A DNA stretch of 14,586 bases from Paraphysomonas bandaiensis. Lineage: Eukaryota; Protista; Chrysophyceae. Below the pieces are notes generated by a model. It saw only the letters and a program-made list of their open reading frames with translations, was not told the origin of the DNA and searched no databases. A program made the position numbers and the translations under genes. Within the stretch, counting starts at the first letter, position 1; the number at the start of each line of letters is the position of its first letter. The stretch lies in the NCBI GenBank assembly GCA_965644295.1, contig CBFFRP010000519.1, positions 1 through 14,586 of the forward strand, read 5' to 3'. Positions 11,531-14,586 of this stretch are shown piece after piece.

Positions 11531-12094
11531 TCTCTCTGGGAAACTAACGTGAGCCGCAAACATAGTCAGCAGATATTCTTCTGCCCACTCATAGCCGAAT
11601 GCTTGTGTGGTACAAGACACCAGACACCAATAAGTGTCATTTGTGTAGACGTCTTTTTGGGCCCTGACGAATAAACAGGCATCCGGGAATGGGCCCACCT
11701 CAGGGGCAGCCGGGACAGGGCCACCTGAAGGGTAACCGGGGTATTGGACTTCCTGCTGAAGTTAAGCATCCGGGATGTTCACCTTAAGAACTCAGAGCGA
11801 AAGTGGTCGCACCTTGGTGCTTCCGTAGCGTTAAATAGTACGTAGTATTATAAAAAAAGTGTGTACTGATTAGTTACAGGTAGAGGTCTAACTAGTTTGT
11901 CTAGCATTCATCTAGCTACTAAAAGTTGGTGCAGGTTTTTAACGCCTATTGCTAATAATAAGACTTTCAATATTATATATTCGTCAGGGCCCAAAGACGT
12001 CTACACAAGTGACACATACATATTGGTGTCTGGTGGCTTGTACCACAAGCATTCGGCTATGAGTGGGCAGAAGAATACCTGCTGACTATGTTTG

Positions 12095-12183
12095 CGGCTC
12101 ACGTTAGTTTCCCAGAGAGAATCTCTCCGGTACTTATCCCCCAGAACACCGCGAAAAGGTGCGAGTCCGACTTTGTTGAGGGA
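12095..12183 (-). ncRNA. Candidate HDV-like (nested double pseudoknot) ribozyme at the 5' end of copy 1; homologous heads in copies 2 and 4
   Basis: Minus strand reads TCCCTCAAC-AAAGT-CGGACTCGC(P2)-ACC(P3)-TTTTCGC(L3)-GGT(P3')-GTTCTGGGGGAT(P1')-AAGTA-CCGGAGAG-ATT-CTCTCTGG(P4)-GAAACTAAC(J4/2)-GTGAGCCG(P2'). P1 and P1.1 are non-canonical. Confidence 0.55.
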
Positions 12184-12497
12184 GAGCACTATAAAATAGT
12201 AATATTGGAAAATAGTTCTAGAAAGTAGATAATAGTAGCTTTTTGGGAAATATTATTCAAATCTAGTCAAATAAGTTGATTTCTAGTCACACTAATTTTA
12301 GTGTAAAATCCTTGTCACGTATAAAATAATTCAATGCATCCATTAATGAATTGATGGCTAGATACTATAGGTAAACACCTAGTCAACATATAGTCATTGT
12401 AAACTGAATATATGAATTATTTAATAATAATAGGTGTGACTAGAGGAAATCACACCAAATTTGTTGAGTTTTGCTGTTGGTGAGCTACTAAGAGAGA

Positions 12498-12789
12498 TGT
12501 AGTGAATGTCAGAACTAATTTAGCATTGCAATTTAATTAACTAGTATTTAACTCTGATATCATTCTATTCAACGTTACGAAAGCCGCTTGTGCGTTACCG
12601 CAAGCACCAAGGTGCAACTACTTTCACTCTATCAATCAAAGCAAATGCAGTGAGCACGCAGAATGTTGATATTTGATATACCTGATATCTACTGACTTCA
12701 GGATTTGAGAGTCCTCCAGGTGAACATCCCGGATGCTTGTCTTCAGCATACCGCCCAATACCCGGATGCCCTTGAGGTGGGCCCATTCC
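12498..12789 (-). mobile_element. Copy 3: 5'-truncated, diverged copy retaining a 53-nt GT-AG intron
   Basis: Shares GCTTGTGCGTTRCCGCAAGCACCAAGGTGC, AGGTGAACATCCCGGATGC and GCCCTTGAGGTGGGCCCATTCC with copy 1. Its 3' region matches copy 4. Confidence 0.8.
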
Positions 12790-12797
12790 TTGATCAT

Positions 12798-13228
12798 TTG
12801 TAGTGAATGCCTGATTATGAGCAATAGGCGTGTAAAAGAGTCAGAACTAATGTAGCATTGCGATTTAATTAACTAGTACTTAACTAGTATCCTACTATTT
12901 GGAGCTACAAAAGCTGCTTGTGTCACCGCAAGCACCAAGGTGCAACCAATTTCGCTCTCTGTTGTCCCGGATGCTTGATTTCAGTAGGGCCCATTTCCGG
13001 ATGCCTGTTTAGTCGTCAGGGCCCAAAAGACGTCTACACGAATGACACTTATTGGTGTCTGGTGTCTTGTACCACACAAGCATTTGGCTATGAGTGCGAA
13101 GAACGTTATCTGCTGATAATATATATGTTTACGGCTCACGTTTGTTTCCTGGCGGGGAAATATCTCTGGTACTTATCCCCCATAACACCACGAAAAGGAG
13201 CGAGTCCGACTTTGTTGAGGGTACCCCC
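12798..13228 (-). mobile_element. Copy 4: colinear, internally deleted, diverged copy with head
   Basis: Colinear from TAGTGAATGCCTGATTATGAGCAATAGGCGT (3' end homologue) through GGGCCCAAAAGACGTCTACAC to CCGACTTTGTTGAGGGTACCCCC (head). No clear TSD. Confidence 0.82.
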
Positions 13229-14586
13229 TTATTCACTGATACAGTTTAATAACACACAAACAAACAACAGACTACGAATAGTAATTACTCATCGTCATTC
13301 TTCTGCCCTCCACACTGGCACATCCGGTGTTCAAACCCTAAGTAGCGTCGAAAGTCACACGCTATAAATCAGAACCTTTAGGAATCGTCTTTAAGCAAAA
13401 GTTAGACCGCTGCAATATTTTATCTGAAATATATAACAAAGCAAACATTTTTCTTCTTCTTACTGATTTGAATTTCTTCTTGCTCTCGCGACCATACAGG
13501 TTAACCACATTCCATTCGTTACTATTAATATAACATAAACCAAATGAGTGATAGTCTAATGAACAGTTTAATTGGAAAGTGTGCTCACATACACATCCAT
13601 TCGGCTGGCTACACATGCTCTGCAATAATCATCTCAACAGACTTTGTTGCTATACTACGAGTAGTGGGAATTCGCTGTAGTGAAGAGAAATGGTAAAAGT
13701 CATGAAAAAATATTTTACTTTTTCGTTTACTTCCTCCACAACTTATTTCATTTTAGCAATCAAAATACTCAGAGCAGTATAGTCTTTTCCATCGTTGGTG
13801 CAAGAATGGATAATCAAAGCATTCCACACCCCATCCCATAGCCTCTTTCACTGATTACCCCCCTAACTATCCACAGAGCTAGGAGCCGCTGAGGGATAAC
13901 AGCATCAACGAAGTTTACCCTCGTTGCTATAAGACCTTCCCTTGCATCAGCAGCATCCAGATAGTACAAGTCAAATTCTAACACAGCGTGTACTATTCTA
14001 GTTGAATTGAGGCAGTTGACTGGGATAGACTTCACAAGAGCATTAATGACATCCTGAAGCCAATTATTCAAAATATATAAAAAGTTGTTTGAGAACTTCT
14101 TACAAAACTAACCAATGCGGCCAGGCTTCATGTATACTACTGGCACATTAGGGCTTTTGCTTAGGTTGTCACTACTCTTCATATTGTATAGCTATACCCG
14201 TAAAACGAAGCAATTTCTAGTCGCCAGTTGCAACATGCCCAATACTACAAGAATAAATTCGAAATGATAGAATCGGGTAAAGTTGGATGGGCATTCCTGA
14301 AGTGGCGTTGATACCACCGAAGCCTTCCGCGCAGCGGGTGACGATGTCGGGAAACACCCTGAGGCTGATATTTCTCATAGTAAGTTCGTATCCAGATGGA
14401 TATCGAAACGTTTATGGGTTTCAATGAGAGCATTTTGCTCTCATTCTCGAATCACAGATACGAGGGGTCGATATACTGGAAATATTTAAGACTACTTCTG
14501 ACTTGTGTTTATCTCGAGCAGTATGAGATGCTGGTTGTGAAGCGAGTTCATAGCCGGGTGATAGATACTAGGAAGTCAGCGCACGA

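Larger units (their letters stand above)
9998..11977 (+). mobile_element. Copy 2 (inner, inverted) of the same element, 9998-10059 plus 11532-11977 (~508 nt), interrupted by a ~1.47-kb insertion
   Basis: Flanked by the 8-bp direct repeat TATTCGTC (9990-9997 and 11978-11985). 11666-11977 is the near-exact reverse complement of 9694-9997, 11529-11672 of 11978-12122, and 9996-10055 of ~12124-12183. Confidence 0.85.
9694..12184 (-). mobile_element. Copy 1 (outer) of a ~503-nt SINE/SIDE-like element, split into 12184-11986 (5' part) and 9997-9694 (3' part) by nested copy 2
   Basis: Flanked by the 10-bp direct repeat AGCACTATAA (9684-9693 and 12185-12194). The two halves join into a unit colinear with copy 4. 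No TIRs and no conserved ORF. Strand is inferred from the ribozyme-like head and the intron orientation. Confidence 0.85.

Noticed and set aside
11650-11700. Possible hammerhead ribozyme (GTC...CTGACGA...GAAT between two GGGCCC)
   Set aside because: No stem II, no GAAA core and no stem I/III pairing consistent with the hammerhead topology.
11529-12122. Stand-alone MITE/foldback element with 145-bp TIRs
   Set aside because: Fully explained by inverted nesting of copy 2 in copy 1, which is supported by two independent TSD pairs.
9813-13367. ORFs within the repeat copies (e.g. HPG-containing peptides, 149-aa ORF 12918-13367)
   Set aside because: Frames are not preserved between copies (frameshifting indels), occur on both strands, and have no RT, transposase or other domain motifs.

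Overview
Left end of a eukaryotic chromosome with a TTAGGG-type telomere and compact genes whose introns are 46-59 nt. A protist, possibly a stramenopile, is my inference. In order, the window holds: a 2.14-kb terminal (CCCTAA)n tract; a 420-bp non-telomeric spacer; a second ~200-bp telomeric tract with scattered telomeric seeds; a 7-exon Cdc15/Cdc7/SepA/MAP3K-epsilon-type kinase gene (- strand, ~1200 aa); a (TATG)n microsatellite; and a divergent 7-exon exostosin/GT47 glycosyltransferase gene (+ strand, ~450 aa). Region 9.7-13.2 kb is a nest of mobile DNA with four copies of an unrecognised ~505-nt non-coding element. The element has variable-length target-site duplications (TSDs) and a 5' head that folds like an HDV-type self-cleaving ribozyme. 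One copy carries a 53-nt GT-AG intron that is precisely missing from two others. One copy is inserted, inverted, inside another, and is itself interrupted by a 1.3-kb element with terminal inverted repeats (TIRs) that carries a decayed spliced gene fragment. The best candidate for a new system is this putative ribozyme-headed, spliced, non-autonomous retroposon family.
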